Shown: one piece after another, positions 9,914 to 21,065 of the stretch
How positions within the stretch are numbered: position 1 is the stretch's first letter
Layout: every line of letters begins with the position of its first letter
Assembly: GCA_965224465.1 (NCBI GenBank)
Contig: OZ245049.1
Span: 4,620,001-4,652,000, forward strand
DNA length: 32,000 bases
Source: Flavobacteriaceae bacterium
GTDB lineage: Bacteria; Bacteroidota; Bacteroidia; Flavobacteriales; Flavobacteriaceae
Reading direction: 5' to 3'
Notes under the pieces: model-generated
What the model saw: the letters and a program-made list of their open reading frames with translations, nothing else
Database searches by the model: none
What the model was told of the DNA's origin: nothing
Made by a program: the position numbers and the translations under genes

Positions 9914-12900
9914 ATGGCAAAAAGAAATAATAATAATTATACGGTAAAAAAGTTCAGTAGAATTTCTATTGGACTTGCTTCACCGGAGATTATCTTAGGA
10001 AAATCGAAAGGAGAGGTTTTAAAACCAGAAACCATTAATTACCGTACCCACAAACCAGAGCGTGATGGGTTATTTTGTGAGCGTATTTTTGGCCCTATTA
10101 AGGACTATGAATGTGCTTGTGGTAAATACAAGAGAATTCGTTACAAAGGAATTGTTTGTGATCGATGTGGTGTAGAAGTTACAGAGAAAAAAGTTCGTAG
10201 AGACAGAGTTGGTCATATAAACTTAGTGGTGCCTGTTGCCCATATTTGGTATTTTAGATCATTACCAAATAAAATGGGTTACTTATTAGGCTTGCCTTCT
10301 AAGAAATTGGACATGATTATTTACTACGAACGTTATGTAGTAATTCAACCTGCAGGTGCAAAAAATGCAGAGGGTGAACCTTTGCAAAAAATGGATTTCC
10401 TAACGGAAGAAGAATATTTAGATATTCAAGAGACATTCCCAATTGAAAACCAATATTTAGACGATAATGATCCAGAGAAATTTATCGCTAAAATGGGAGC
10501 TGAATGTTTGATCGACTTGTTGGCTCGTATTGATTTGTCTGAATTATCTTACGAATTGCGCCACAAAGCAAACACAGAAACGTCTAAACAACGTAAAACT
10601 GAGGCTTTAAAACGTTTGAACATTGTTGAAGCATTTAGAGACTCTGTGAAAAATAGAGCAGAAAACAAACCTGAATGGATGATCATGAAGGCAATTCCGG
10701 TGATACCACCAGAATTACGTCCATTGGTACCATTAGATGGGGGACGTTTTGCTACCTCAGATTTAAATGATTTATACCGTCGTGTAATTATCCGTAACAA
10801 CCGTTTAAAACGATTGTTAGAGATCAAAGCACCAGAGGTTATTTTACGTAATGAGAAACGTATGTTGCAAGAATCTGTGGATTCATTATTTGACAACACA
10901 CGTAAATCATCTGCTGTAAAAACAGAATCTAACAGACCTTTAAAATCGTTATCTGATAGTTTAAAAGGGAAACAAGGTCGTTTCCGTCAAAACTTATTAG
11001 GGAAACGTGTCGATTATTCTGCACGTTCTGTAATTGTTGTTGGACCTGAATTAAAATTATTTGAATGTGGATTGCCAAAAGATATGGCAGCTGAATTATA
11101 CAAACCATTTGTAATCCGTAAGTTGATTGAACGTGGAATTGTAAAAACAGTTAAATCTGCAAAGAAAATTATAGATAAAAGAGAACCTGTAGTTTGGGAT
11201 ATCTTAGAAAATGTATTAAAAGGGCATCCGGTATTATTAAACCGTGCGCCAACCCTTCACAGATTGGGGATTCAAGCTTTTCAACCTATCTTAATTGAAG
11301 GGAAAGCAATCCAATTGCACCCATTAGTATGTACGGCGTTTAATGCCGATTTTGATGGGGATCAAATGGCGGTACATTTACCTTTAGGTCCTGAGGCTAT
11401 CTTAGAATCTCAATTGTTAATGCTAGCTTCTCATAATATCTTGAATCCTGCTAATGGTGCACCTATTACGGTACCATCTCAGGATATGGTATTGGGTCTG
11501 TATTATATGACCAAAGAAAGATTGTCTACTCCAGATAGAAAAATCAAAGGAGAAGATTTGACATTCTATTCGCCAGAAGAAGTTACCATTGCTTTTAACG
11601 AAAAACAATTGGAATTGAATGCTCGCATTAAAGTGAGAACTCAAGATTTAAATGAAGAAGGTGAATTTGTTCAAAGAATTATTGAAACCACTTGTGGTAG
11701 AGTTTTATTTAATGAAATTGTACCTGAGAAAGCTGGATATATCAATGAAGTATTGAATAAAAGATCACTTCGTGATATTATTCATGGGGTATTAAAAGTT
11801 ACAGATGTTCCTACAACTGGACTCTTCTTGGATAGTATGAGAACCATGGGGTTCAAATTTGCATTCCAAGGTGGATTGTCATTCTCTTTAGGGGATATTA
11901 TTATTCCTAAAGAAAAGAAAGGAATGATTGCTGATGCTAATAAGCTGGTTGATAATATTATAGGTAACTATAATATGGGTATGTTAACCCAAAAAGAACG
12001 TTACAACCAAGTTATTGATGTTTGGGGATCTACAAACAATCGTTTGACAGAACTTTCTATGAAACGTTTGCGTGAGGATCAACAAGGATTTAACTCCGTG
12101 TTTATGATGCTTGACTCTGGTGCAAGGGGATCAAAAGAACAGATTAGACAGTTAACTGGAATGCGTGGATTGATGGCGAAGCCTAAAAAATCAAGCGCAG
12201 GAGGTGGAGAAATTATTGAGAATCCAATTCTTTCTAACTTTAAAGAGGGATTGTCTATTCTTGAATACTTTATTTCTACGCACGGTGCACGTAAAGGATT
12301 GGCGGATACAGCCTTGAAAACAGCAGATGCTGGATATCTAACAAGACGTTTGGTAGATGTTTCTCAAGACGTAATTGTAAACGAAGTAGATTGTAATACC
12401 TTAAGAGGATTAAGCGTTCAGGATTTAAAGAAAAACGACGAAGTTGTTGAAACTTTAGGAGAACGTATCCATGGTCGTGTAGCATTACACGATGTGGTTG
12501 ATCCAATTTCGGATGAATTATTGGTAGAAGCAGGAGAGTTGATTTTAGAACCAATTGCAGATAGAATCGAAGCTTCGATTATTGATAGCGTTGATGTTCG
12601 TTCAGCACTTACTTGTGAAGCTGAAAGAGGAATTTGTGCCAAATGTTACGGTGTGAGTTTATCTACAGGATTTAATGTACAACGTGGGGAAGCCGTAGGT
12701 GTTATTGCAGCACAATCTATTGGAGAACCAGGTACACAGTTAACACTTAGAACGTTCCACGTTGGAGGGGTAGCTGGAAATATATCTGAAGATAATAAGT
12801 TAATCGCCAAGTTTGCAGGAAAAGCTGTAATTGAAGATTTACGTACCATTGCAACAAAAGATTCTGATGGAAATGCTATTGAAGTGGTTATTTCTCGTTC

Positions 12901-14194
12901 TTCTGAAATTAAAGTAATTGATGTAAAATCTGGAATTACCTATAGTACAAATAACATTCCTTACGGTTCACATATCTTTATTAAAAATGGAGATAAAATA
13001 AAAGTAGGAGATGAAATCTGTCAGTGGGATCCATTTAATGGTGTGATAGTTTCAGAATTTAAAGGAAAGATCGCTTTTGAGAATATCGAAAGAGGAATGA
13101 ACTTTAGTGTTGAAACAGATGAACAAACAGGTTTCCAAGAAAGAGTAATTACAGAGTCTAAAAATAAAAAAGTTATTCCATCATTATTAGTGATGAATAA
13201 TAACGACGAAGTATTACGTTCTTATAACTTACCTGTAGGTGCTCACTTGATGATTGAAAATGAATCAGAAATTCAAGCAGGTGATATACTTGTTAAGATT
13301 CCGCGTAAATCTGGTAAAGCAGGTGATATTACAGGGGGTCTTCCTCGTGTAACAGAATTGTTTGAAGCTCGTAATCCTTCGAATCCAGCAGTGGTTTCTG
13401 AAATTGACGGAGTGGTTACTTTTGGTAAAATCAAGCGTGGTAATAGAGAAATTATTGTAGAGTCTAAATTAGGTAATATCAAAAAATACTTAGTGAAATT
13501 GTCGAGTCAAATCTTAGTTCAAGAAAATGACTTTATAAGAGCGGGTATGTCTTTATCTGACGGAGCGGTAACACCTTCGGATATCTTAAAGATTCAAGGA
13601 CCAGCTGCTGTACAAGAATTCTTAGTAAATGAAATTCAAGAGGTCTATAGATTGCAAGGAGTAAAAATTAACGATAAGCATTTTGAAGTTGTAGTACGAC
13701 AAATGATGCGTAAAGTTAAGATTATTGATTCTGGTGATACCTTATTGTTAGAAAATCAATTGGTACATAAAAATGACTTTATTAAAGAAAATGATGATAT
13801 TTTCGGAAAGAAAGTTGTGACCGACGCTGGTGAATCTGAAGATTTGAAAGAAGGTCAAATTGTATCACCTCGTGACTTGCGTGACGAAAATTCTAAACTT
13901 CGTAGAGATGATAAGAATTTAGTTGAAGCTAGAGATGCAAATCCTGCAACAGCAGAACAAATATTGCAAGGTATTACAAGAGCATCGTTACAAACCAAAT
14001 CGTTTATTTCAGCGGCATCCTTCCAGGAAACTACTAAGGTGTTGAATGAGGCAGCGGTACATGGTAAAGTAGATGACTTAAAAGGATTGAAAGAAAACGT
14101 AATTGTTGGTAAGCGAATCCCTGCTGGTACAGGTATGCGTAACTATGAGCATATTATTGTTGGATCTCAAGATGAAATGGACCATAATTTATAA
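9914..14194 (+). CDS. rpoC: DNA-directed RNA polymerase subunit beta'
   Basis: 1426 aa. Zn-finger [23 protein letters not shown], catalytic [12 protein letters not shown], and the trigger-loop region. Confidence 0.99.
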   Translation: MAKRNNNNYTVKKFSRISIGLASPEIILGKSKGEVLKPETINYRTHKPERDGLFCERIFGPIKDYECACGKYKRIRYKGIVCDRCGVEVTEKKVRRDRVGHINLVVPVAHIWYFRSLPNKMGYLLGLPSKKLDMIIYYERYVVIQPAGAKNAEGEPLQKMDFLTEEEYLDIQETFPIENQYLDDNDPEKFIAKMGAECLIDLLARIDLSELSYELRHKANTETSKQRKTEALKRLNIVEAFRDSVKNRAENKPEWMIMKAIPVIPPELRPLVPLDGGRFATSDLNDLYRRVIIRNNRLKRLLEIKAPEVILRNEKRMLQESVDSLFDNTRKSSAVKTESNRPLKSLSDSLKGKQGRFRQNLLGKRVDYSARSVIVVGPELKLFECGLPKDMAAELYKPFVIRKLIERGIVKTVKSAKKIIDKREPVVWDILENVLKGHPVLLNRAPTLHRLGIQAFQPILIEGKAIQLHPLVCTAFNADFDGDQMAVHLPLGPEAILESQLLMLASHNILNPANGAPITVPSQDMVLGLYYMTKERLSTPDRKIKGEDLTFYSPEEVTIAFNEKQLELNARIKVRTQDLNEEGEFVQRIIETTCGRVLFNEIVPEKAGYINEVLNKRSLRDIIHGVLKVTDVPTTGLFLDSMRTMGFKFAFQGGLSFSLGDIIIPKEKKGMIADANKLVDNIIGNYNMGMLTQKERYNQVIDVWGSTNNRLTELSMKRLREDQQGFNSVFMMLDSGARGSKEQIRQLTGMRGLMAKPKKSSAGGGEIIENPILSNFKEGLSILEYFISTHGARKGLADTALKTADAGYLTRRLVDVSQDVIVNEVDCNTLRGLSVQDLKKNDEVVETLGERIHGRVALHDVVDPISDELLVEAGELILEPIADRIEASIIDSVDVRSALTCEAERGICAKCYGVSLSTGFNVQRGEAVGVIAAQSIGEPGTQLTLRTFHVGGVAGNISEDNKLIAKFAGKAVIEDLRTIATKDSDGNAIEVVISRSSEIKVIDVKSGITYSTNNIPYGSHIFIKNGDKIKVGDEICQWDPFNGVIVSEFKGKIAFENIERGMNFSVETDEQTGFQERVITESKNKKVIPSLLVMNNNDEVLRSYNLPVGAHLMIENESEIQAGDILVKIPRKSGKAGDITGGLPRVTELFEARNPSNPAVVSEIDGVVTFGKIKRGNREIIVESKLGNIKKYLVKLSSQILVQENDFIRAGMSLSDGAVTPSDILKIQGPAAVQEFLVNEIQEVYRLQGVKINDKHFEVVVRQMMRKVKIIDSGDTLLLENQLVHKNDFIKENDDIFGKKVVTDAGESEDLKEGQIVSPRDLRDENSKLRRDDKNLVEARDANPATAEQILQGITRASLQTKSFISAASFQETTKVLNEAAVHGKVDDLKGLKENVIVGKRIPAGTGMRNYEHIIVGSQDEMDHNL

Positions 14195-14200
14195 GCTAGT

Positions 14201-14515
14201 ATGAGTGATTCTAAAAACAAAAACGAAGGTCAATTAAATATTGAATTGGACGAAAAAATGTCAGATGGGATCTATTCCAATTTGGCAATTATCAACCATT
14301 CGGTGTCGGAATTTATTGTAGATTTTATCTCAGTAATGCCAGGACAACCGAAGGCTAAAGTAAAGTCTAGAATTATTTTAACGCCACAACATGCTAAACG
14401 CTTAGTAAAAGCGTTGGCAGATAATGTGAAACGTTTTGAAGAAGCTCATGGTGAAATAAAAGACTATGAACAGATCCCTATCCCAATGAATTTTGGGCCC
14501 ACGGGAGAAGCATAA
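14201..14515 (+). CDS. Small conserved protein, DUF3467-like, immediately downstream of rpoC
   Basis: 104 aa. YSNLAIINHSVSEFIVDFISVMPG...ILTPQHAKRLVKAL resembles the DUF3467 family usually found after rpoC in Bacteroidota. This is recognised from memory, not from a search. Confidence 0.7.
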   Translation: MSDSKNKNEGQLNIELDEKMSDGIYSNLAIINHSVSEFIVDFISVMPGQPKAKVKSRIILTPQHAKRLVKALADNVKRFEEAHGEIKDYEQIPIPMNFGPTGEA

Positions 14516-14522
14516 CAACAAG

Positions 14523-14554
14523 AAAAAAGCTGAACGAAAGTTCAGCTTTTTTTT
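14523..14554 (+). terminator. Rho-independent terminator of the rpoBC-DUF3467 unit
   Basis: AAAAAAGCTGAAC-GAAA-GTTCAGCTTTTTT, a GNRA-type loop followed by a T-run. Confidence 0.85.
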
Positions 14555-14585
14555 GTTTATAACGTCCCGATTTGTTTGGGTTGAC

Positions 14586-14593
14586 TACATTTG
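14586..14593 (+). promoter_or_regulatory. Candidate -7 box (TACATTTG) upstream of the TonB-dependent receptor
   Basis: Exact TAnnTTTG, which implies a leader of about 110 nt before the ATG at 14710. No properly spaced -33 box. Confidence 0.4.
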
Positions 14594-14709
14594 CATTCTT
14601 AAAACACCTTGGTTTTGTCTTCACTTAAAACGTGTAGTTTAATCCCTAATACTGATTAAAAGGAACCAAAAGATACAAAGGTGTTGAACTTAATAATTGA
14701 AATTATAAA

Positions 14710-16515
14710 ATGAAATATTTAAAATTTAGCCTCATCGTTTTATGTACTGTGATGCACACGGTTGTATGGTCTCAAAAAGATACTATTAAACTGAAGGAAA
14801 TTATAATATCTGGAAATAGAATTGCGGTTCCATTCTCTGAATCATCTAGGTCTATTGAAATAATTACTGCTGAGATGATGAAAGCAGTTGCTGCAACAAA
14901 TACTGCAGACCTGTTGCAACATGTTGCTGGTGTTGATATTCGTAGAAGAGGAATTGATGGTATGCAATCTGATCTATATATTAGAGGAGGTAATTTTGAA
15001 CAAACCTTATTGCTTATTGATGGAATAAAAATGGATGATGCTCAAACAGGTCACCATACAATGAATGCTATTTTATCTCTTGATAATATTGAGCGCATCG
15101 AAATTATTAAAGGGCCTGCAGCACGTATTTATGGACAAAACGCATTTACAGGAGCCATTAATATCATTACTAAAAAAATTAAAGAGAACGAATTGTTAGC
15201 CTCTGTTGGTTTTGGGTCTTTTGCAAACAAAAAAGCAAGCATTGCAATTAGTCATAATTTTGACAATGCAACTGTTTTTGCAAATGTAGGCTACCAAAAA
15301 TCTGATGGCTATCGCCACAATACAGATTTTGAAAATAAAACTGTATTTTTAAAAGGATCGCTTGGAAGTATCGATTTTATTGGTTCTTTTGCTGAACGTA
15401 AATTTGGTGCGAATGGGTTTTATGCCAGTCCTAAATTTGTGGATCAATACGAGGAAACTCAAACAAGTTTAGTTGGTGTTTCTACAAAGATGACTAAAGG
15501 AAGTTTTAAAATTATGCCTCGTGCTTATTGGAGAAGAAATCAAGATATGTATTTATTTATCCGTCAGAATCCTTCTTATTATAGAAATTTACACATCACA
15601 AATAAAATGGGAGCAGAAACAAATGTTGTTTTTGAAAGTAGTTTGGGTAAAACAGGTATTGGTGTGGATATCGCGCGTTCTTTTATTGTAAGTAATAATT
15701 TAAACGATCATCAACGAACTTCTATTACTGGTTTTCTTGAACAAAGATTTGATCAAATGGAAAAATTTGATGTTACTTTAGGAGTTGCAGTGAGTTCTTT
15801 TTCTGATTTTGATACGCAATTTTTGCCGGGATTTGATATTGGATACAGTGTATCGGAAGCATTCAAATTATTTGGAAATATTGGTTATACGTACAGAGTT
15901 CCTACCTATACAGATTTGTATTATGTAGGTTCTACTACTTTAGGAAATCCTGATTTACAACCAGAATCTGCTGTTTCTCAAGAGTTGGGGGCGAAATATT
16001 TAGGAGATAAAGTACAAATTACCTTTGCCTTGTTTAATCGTAATTCTGAGGATTTGATAGATTGGACAAAGAAAAGTATGGATGATAAGTGGCAAACTCA
16101 AAACTTTAGTCAAGTAGCGACCAAAGGTTTAGATCTTTCTGTGAAGTATCAATTTGATTTAGGTTCATTAGAACAAGGTATCTCTGTTAGCTATAGTTAT
16201 ATAAACGATCAAATTAATGATGATAATGTAGACTTTACTCGGTACTCATTAAATAGTTTAAAACATCAATTTAATACAGCGCTCAACACGCGTTTTTCAA
16301 AAACATTGAGTCAGAGTATCTCTTATAGATATGTGGAACGTACCGATGGTGAAAGTTATAATGTATTGGATGCAAAAGTGGTGGCTCAAGTAAAAAATGG
16401 CTTCGAATTGTCTTTAACTGCAAACAATATTTTGAATGCAGTGTATACAGAAACCAATTTAGTACCCATGCCTAAAGGTAATTTACTTATAGGTCTCAAA
16501 TACCGTATTTATTAA
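14710..16515 (+). CDS. TonB-dependent outer-membrane receptor (small, 601 aa, BtuB/CirA-like size class)
   Basis: Signal peptide. Plug domain (...IEIITAEMMKAVAATNTADLLQHVAGVDIRRRG...DLYIRGGNFEQTLLLIDGIKMDD...IERIEIIKGPAARIYG). Beta-barrel with an aromatic C-terminus (LKYRIY). Substrate unknown. Confidence 0.9.
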   Translation: MKYLKFSLIVLCTVMHTVVWSQKDTIKLKEIIISGNRIAVPFSESSRSIEIITAEMMKAVAATNTADLLQHVAGVDIRRRGIDGMQSDLYIRGGNFEQTLLLIDGIKMDDAQTGHHTMNAILSLDNIERIEIIKGPAARIYGQNAFTGAINIITKKIKENELLASVGFGSFANKKASIAISHNFDNATVFANVGYQKSDGYRHNTDFENKTVFLKGSLGSIDFIGSFAERKFGANGFYASPKFVDQYEETQTSLVGVSTKMTKGSFKIMPRAYWRRNQDMYLFIRQNPSYYRNLHITNKMGAETNVVFESSLGKTGIGVDIARSFIVSNNLNDHQRTSITGFLEQRFDQMEKFDVTLGVAVSSFSDFDTQFLPGFDIGYSVSEAFKLFGNIGYTYRVPTYTDLYYVGSTTLGNPDLQPESAVSQELGAKYLGDKVQITFALFNRNSEDLIDWTKKSMDDKWQTQNFSQVATKGLDLSVKYQFDLGSLEQGISVSYSYINDQINDDNVDFTRYSLNSLKHQFNTALNTRFSKTLSQSISYRYVERTDGESYNVLDAKVVAQVKNGFELSLTANNILNAVYTETNLVPMPKGNLLIGLKYRIY

Positions 16516-16560
16516 TCAATATTGATACAAGGAGGGCTTTTGCCTTCTCAATTAATACAG

Positions 16561-16596
16561 AAAAAATCACGCTTCTTATAGAATCGTGATTTTTTT
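16561..16596 (+). terminator. Rho-independent terminator after the TonB-dependent receptor
   Basis: AAAAAATCACG...CGTGATTTTTT. An 11-bp A/T-extended stem with an inner TTC/GAA pairing, followed by a T-run. Confidence 0.7.
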
Positions 16597-16649
16597 GTTT
16601 TTAAGACTACCTTTTTGCACGTTTTTTATTTTAAATAGGTGTGATTCCA

Positions 16650-16657
16650 TATCTTTG
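16650..16657 (+). promoter_or_regulatory. Candidate -7 box (TATCTTTG) only 5 nt upstream of the tgt ATG
   Basis: Exact TAnnTTTG at 16650-16657, with the ATG at 16663. No -33 TTTG at the expected spacing. Confidence 0.3.
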
Positions 16658-16662
16658 TACTT

Positions 16663-17793
16663 ATGCAATTTGAAATCAAAGGAACAGATCCTCGCAGTAA
16701 GGCACGTGCAGGAATCGTAACAACAGACCACGGGAAAATAGAAACACCTATTTTTATGCCTGTAGGTACTGTGGGAACAGTAAAAGGAGTACACCAGTCG
16801 GAATTAAAAGATGAAATAAATCCTGATATTATATTAGGAAATACCTATCATCTATATTTACGACCAAAACTCGAGATATTAGAGAAAGCGGGAGGCTTAC
16901 ATAAATTCATGAACTGGGATCGTAATATTCTGACCGATAGTGGTGGATATCAAGTGTACTCTTTATCTAATAATAGAAAAATAAATGAGCAAGGTGTTAA
17001 TTTTAAGAGTCATATAGATGGTTCTTATCATTTCTTTTCGCCAGAAAATGTTATGGAAGCACAACGTTCTATTGGAGCGGATATCATCATGGCTTTTGAT
17101 GAATGTACACCGTATCCTTGTGATTATAAATATGCAAAACGATCTATGCATATGACCCATAGATGGTTGAAAAGATGTATTAGTCATTTGGATAAAACAC
17201 CTACCAAATACGGTTTTGATCAAACATTTTTTCCCATTGTTCAAGGAAGTACTTATACAGATTTAAGACAACAATCTGCAGAATTTATCGCCTCCGTAGG
17301 AGCTGAAGGAAATGCTATTGGTGGATTGTCAGTAGGTGAACCCGCAGAAGAAATGTATGCGATGACAGATGTGGTTTGTAGTATTCTTCCAGAGGATAAA
17401 CCAAGGTATTTAATGGGAGTAGGAACCCCTATTAATATTTTAGAAAACATTGCCTTAGGGGTAGATATGTTTGACTGTGTAATGCCAACTCGAAATGCAA
17501 GAAATGGAATGTTGTTTACAGCGCATGGTACGATCAATATTAAAAATAAAAAGTGGGAGATGGACTTTTCTCAAATTGATGAAAACGGAACTACATTTGT
17601 TGATTCTATGTATTCAAAAGCGTATTTACGTCATCTTTTTGCTGCAAAAGAATTATTAGGGAAGCAAATAGCTACCATTCACAATTTAGGTTTTTATATG
17701 TGGTTGGTTCGTGAGGCTAGAAAACATATTTTAGCAGGAGATTTTGCAACTTGGAAAACAATGATGGTTAATCAAATGAATAAGCGCTTGTAA
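16663..17793 (+). CDS. tgt: Queuine tRNA-ribosyltransferase
   Basis: MQFEIKGTDPRSKARAGIVTTDHGKIETPIFMPVGT... and ...ILTDSGGYQV..., plus ...GLSVGEP... and the Zn-site region. Colinear with E. coli Tgt from the first residues. Confidence 0.97.
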   Translation: MQFEIKGTDPRSKARAGIVTTDHGKIETPIFMPVGTVGTVKGVHQSELKDEINPDIILGNTYHLYLRPKLEILEKAGGLHKFMNWDRNILTDSGGYQVYSLSNNRKINEQGVNFKSHIDGSYHFFSPENVMEAQRSIGADIIMAFDECTPYPCDYKYAKRSMHMTHRWLKRCISHLDKTPTKYGFDQTFFPIVQGSTYTDLRQQSAEFIASVGAEGNAIGGLSVGEPAEEMYAMTDVVCSILPEDKPRYLMGVGTPINILENIALGVDMFDCVMPTRNARNGMLFTAHGTINIKNKKWEMDFSQIDENGTTFVDSMYSKAYLRHLFAAKELLGKQIATIHNLGFYMWLVREARKHILAGDFATWKTMMVNQMNKRL

Positions 17794-17794
17794 T

Positions 17795-18880
17795 TTGAAA
17801 ATATTAGATAAATACATATTAAAGAAGTACATGACTACCTTGTGTTTGGTGTTATTACTGTTAATTCCAATAGCCATTGCCATTGATATTTCTGAGAAAG
17901 TAGATAAGTTTCTACGTCATGAAGACTTAACGATAGTGCAAATAATTAAGGATTATTACGTAAATTTTGTAATCATTTACGGAAATACCTTTTTGCCTTT
18001 AGGATTGTTTCTTGCCGTTATTTTATTTACTTCAAAATTGTCTAATAATTCAGAGATTGTTGCCATTCACAGTGCTCAAATTTCTTTTAGAAGATTTTTA
18101 TATCCCTATTTTATAGGGGGAACTATTGTTACTATGGTTGCCTTAGGGATGAATCACTTTGTAGTTCCATACAGTAATAAAGCAATGGAGGATTTTTCGG
18201 AAGAATTTTTACGCAATCGAAAAAGAGATAAAACCATGGCTTCTGATGTTACGTTGCAATTAAGCGAGTCAGAAATCGTGCATTTTAGAACCGTGAATTT
18301 GAACAGTAAAAAAGCCTATAGGTTTTCTTATGAGCGTTTTGATGGCATTAAATTAAAATATAAAATTCTTGCTGATAATATCAGATGGGAAGAAAAAGAT
18401 TCTGTATTTCGATTGAGAATGTACCGGAAACGCTGGTTTAATAATGGAAAAGAAACCATTGAAACAGGAACTAAATTTGATACAATTTTTAATTTCACAA
18501 TCAAGGAGTTAATTATGGTGGATAATTCAGCAAAAGAAATGATTAGTACAGACTTGAGTGTCTTTATCAAAAAGGCAGAAAAAAGAGGGGTCAAAAACTT
18601 GAATGTATATCTCGTAGAATTGTATAAACGAACAAGTTTACCCATATCTTCTTATATTCTTACTTTTATTGCAGTAATTCTTGGAGCTGAAAAAAAACGT
18701 GGGGGTATTGGAATCAATTTAGCCAAAGGAATTGCCTTGATGTTTATTTATGTTTTCTGTTTAAAAATTGTTGAAGTATTGGGAGCGAGCGCAGATTCAA
18801 GTCCTTTGTTTCTAGTGTGGTTGCCAAATATTTTATTCGGTTTTTTAGCTCTTTACTTATATTTTAATGCAAAAAACTAA
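17795..18880 (+). CDS. LptF/LptG-family (YjgP/YjgQ) permease (TTG start)
   Basis: MKILDKYILKKYMTT... is a typical N-terminus. Six TM segments flank a periplasmic beta-jellyroll region. The start is 1 nt after the tgt stop. Confidence 0.85.
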   Translation: MKILDKYILKKYMTTLCLVLLLLIPIAIAIDISEKVDKFLRHEDLTIVQIIKDYYVNFVIIYGNTFLPLGLFLAVILFTSKLSNNSEIVAIHSAQISFRRFLYPYFIGGTIVTMVALGMNHFVVPYSNKAMEDFSEEFLRNRKRDKTMASDVTLQLSESEIVHFRTVNLNSKKAYRFSYERFDGIKLKYKILADNIRWEEKDSVFRLRMYRKRWFNNGKETIETGTKFDTIFNFTIKELIMVDNSAKEMISTDLSVFIKKAEKRGVKNLNVYLVELYKRTSLPISSYILTFIAVILGAEKKRGGIGINLAKGIALMFIYVFCLKIVEVLGASADSSPLFLVWLPNILFGFLALYLYFNAKN

Positions 18881-19745
18881 CCTTAAAAATTACTTAAAAC
18901 TCCATTTTATTATTTTTATATGGGGTTTTACCGCTATACTTGGTGTTTTGATCAGTTTGGATGCAATTCCATTGGTATGGTATAGAATGCTGTTTGCTGT
19001 TGGGTTTATTTTTGTGTATTTTCTATACAAGAAAAAATCATTAAAAATAACACCTAAAACAGGACTTAATTTTATGTTGGGAGGTATTATTATTGCAACC
19101 CATTGGATTGCTTTTTTTACAGCCATTAAAGTTGCCAATGTTTCTATTGCCTTAATAGCCATGAGTACAGGTGCTTTATTTACCTCCTTGATCGAACCCC
19201 TGTTTTTTAAACGAAAAATTATATTTTCGGAATTTTTAATGGGGCTTATCGTAGTTGCGGGTCTTTATATTATTTTTAGTGTAGAAGGGGAGTATGTATT
19301 AGGGATTATGTATGCATTGTTTGCATCCTTTTTATCTGCCTTGTTTTCTGTGATTAATGGAATAAATGTTAAAAAACATGATGGTGCCGTAATTTCCTTC
19401 TATCAATTGTTTTTTGGGGTCCTTTTTATTACCCTCTATTTATTGTTAACGGGTGGTTTCTCAATGGAATTTTTTCAATTAAGTACTTCGGATATTACCT
19501 ATTTATTTATATTGAGTAGCGTATGTACTGCCTATGCTTTTGTCGCTTCTGTTAATATAATGAAATATCTATCTCCTTATACTGTAATGCTTTCTATTAA
19601 TCTAGAACCCGTATATGGTATTATCTTGGCATTGTTAATTTTTGGTGAAAAAGAAAAAATGACTCCACAGTTTTACTTTGGTGCTGTTGTTATTATTGTT
19701 ACTGTGCTTGTTAATGGGATAATAAAAGCTAAAAAAACTTCATAA
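18867..19745 (+). CDS. EamA/DMT-superfamily transporter (10 TM)
   Basis: 292 aa and highly hydrophobic, with two repeated 5-TM halves. 14-nt overlap with the upstream permease gene. Confidence 0.8.
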   Translation: MQKTNLKNYLKLHFIIFIWGFTAILGVLISLDAIPLVWYRMLFAVGFIFVYFLYKKKSLKITPKTGLNFMLGGIIIATHWIAFFTAIKVANVSIALIAMSTGALFTSLIEPLFFKRKIIFSEFLMGLIVVAGLYIIFSVEGEYVLGIMYALFASFLSALFSVINGINVKKHDGAVISFYQLFFGVLFITLYLLLTGGFSMEFFQLSTSDITYLFILSSVCTAYAFVASVNIMKYLSPYTVMLSINLEPVYGIILALLIFGEKEKMTPQFYFGAVVIIVTVLVNGIIKAKKTS

Positions 19746-19771
19746 TATAGTAGCTAAGTTATAGAAGTTGC

Positions 19772-19779
19772 TATATTTG
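19772..19779 (+). promoter_or_regulatory. Candidate -7 box (TATATTTG) for accA
   Basis: Exact TAnnTTTG 24 nt upstream of the ATG at 19804. It lies inside the TTG-extended ORF from the track, which argues for the ATG start. Confidence 0.4.
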
Positions 19780-19803
19780 TCGCAAGATCCAAACTTAAAA
19801 CTT

Positions 19804-20757
19804 ATGGAATATTTAGATTTTGAACTACCAATTAAAGAACTGGAAGAGCAATTAGTGAAGTGTGCTTTAATAGGTGAAGAAAGCGATGTGGACATGACAG
19901 AGAGTTGTGCTAATATCGAAAAAAAGCTAGAAAAAACAAAGAAAGATATATATGGGAATTTGTCAGCATGGCAACGTGTTCAAATGTCTCGACATCCAAA
20001 CAGACCTTATACCTTAGATCATATCGCTGCATTGGCGGGTGAATCTTTTATGGAACTTCATGGAGATAGGACTGTAAAAGATGATAAAGCCATGGTAGGT
20101 GGTCTAGGTAAGATTGGGAACCAGTCATTTATGTTTATTGGTCAACAAAAAGGATTCAATACAAAAACACGTCAATACCGTAATTTCGGAATGGCAAACC
20201 CTGAAGGTTACAGGAAAGCATTACGCTTGATGAAAATGGCAGAAAAGTTCGGTATTCCTGTTGTAACGCTCGTAGATACTCCAGGTGCTTATCCAGGTTT
20301 GGAAGCTGAAGAACGTGGGCAGGGTGAGGCTATTGCAAGGAATATTTTCGAAATGACCTTGTTAAAAGTGCCTATTATTACCATTATTATTGGTGAAGGT
20401 GCTTCTGGTGGAGCCGTAGGGATTGGAGTAGGTGATAGAGTTTATATGATGGAGAATACTTGGTATACTGTGATATCTCCAGAGTCATGTTCTTCTATTT
20501 TATGGCGTAGTTGGGAACATAAAGAAAAAGCTGCCGAAGCCTTAAAGTTAACTCCTCAGGACATGAAAAAACACAAGCTTATTGATGGAATCATTAAAGA
20601 GCCATTAGGAGGTGCTCATACCCATAGAGAAGGCGCTTTTAAAGAAGTTGAAAAAACAATTTTGAAAGCATTTAAAGAGCTCAGTAAACTTTCTACTGAA
20701 GATTTGGTTGCTCAACGCATGGAAAAATACTCTAATATGGGTGTTTATAACGAATAG
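19804..20757 (+). CDS. accA: Acetyl-CoA carboxylase carboxyltransferase subunit alpha
   Basis: [17 protein letters not shown]... aligns with the AccA N-terminus (E. coli MSLNFLDFEQPIAELEAKI). ...DTPGAYPG...[11 protein letters not shown]... and ...GEGASGGA... motifs are present. Confidence 0.95.
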   Translation: MEYLDFELPIKELEEQLVKCALIGEESDVDMTESCANIEKKLEKTKKDIYGNLSAWQRVQMSRHPNRPYTLDHIAALAGESFMELHGDRTVKDDKAMVGGLGKIGNQSFMFIGQQKGFNTKTRQYRNFGMANPEGYRKALRLMKMAEKFGIPVVTLVDTPGAYPGLEAEERGQGEAIARNIFEMTLLKVPIITIIIGEGASGGAVGIGVGDRVYMMENTWYTVISPESCSSILWRSWEHKEKAAEALKLTPQDMKKHKLIDGIIKEPLGGAHTHREGAFKEVEKTILKAFKELSKLSTEDLVAQRMEKYSNMGVYNE

Positions 20758-20805
20758 TTTATGCCAAACGTGGTTTTTTGATTCCTTGTATTGGAGAATC
20801 AAAGT

Positions 20806-20865
20806 AAAATATATTATTTATATCGGTCATTTTTGATTGTATTTGGTATAATTGCCACTTTAGCG
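20806..20865 (+). repeat. Intergenic repeat, module A copy (R1)
   Basis: ...TTATTTATATCGGTCATTTTTGATTGTATTTGGTATAATTGCCACTTTAGCG shares the TATTTATATCGGTCATTTTG...ATTGGTAT core with copies at 21066, 21176, 30439 and 31861. Confidence 0.75.
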
Positions 20866-20881
20866 TCTTATAACATACGAA

Positions 20882-20909
20882 AGCTTCTCAATTTGAGAGG
20901 CTTTTTTTT
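20882..20909 (+). terminator. Rho-independent terminator (accA 3' end / end of repeat R1)
   Basis: AGCTTCTCA-ATT-TGAGAGGCT (9 bp, one G-T) followed by TTTTTTT. Confidence 0.75.
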
Positions 20910-21065
20910 GATTTATAGATGACCAATTTAACCTTATAATAGCGTTTTAAAAGACCGTTCTTTACCAGCCAACTATTTGTGGAAATAGAGAATTCAAAGA
21001 AAGGCTTATTTATGCTCTGCTGTTTTTATCTTTCAAAAAGGAATTCAGTATCTATCTAAGATACT

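Noticed and set aside
2140-13482. Many 67-147-aa minus-strand ORFs inside tuf, nusG, rplJ, rpoB and rpoC
   Set aside because: All are antisense to highly conserved genes, have low-complexity translations and no recognisable domains. They are typical shadow ORFs in AT-rich DNA. The same applies to 82-366, 16576-16794, 16963-17537, 18328-18645, 18890-19162, 20605-20802, 22299-22970, 25735-25974, 26083-26286 and 26756-27034 on the minus strand, and to 9318-9527 and 29613-29864 on the plus strand.
14555-14709. Possible cobalamin or TPP riboswitch in the ~110-150-nt leader of the small TonB-dependent receptor
   Set aside because: A leader before a BtuB-sized receptor is suggestive. However, I found no B12 box (GCCACTG-like), no GGTGAAAATCC-type core and no TPP CTGAGA/ACCTGATCTGGATAATGCCAGCG elements. 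Only weak pairings are present (ACTACA/TGTAGT). A cmscan would settle it.
19768-19803. TTG-extended start of accA
   Set aside because: The extension overlaps a TAnnTTTG box. The AccA alignment begins at [14 protein letters not shown] (ATG at 19804).
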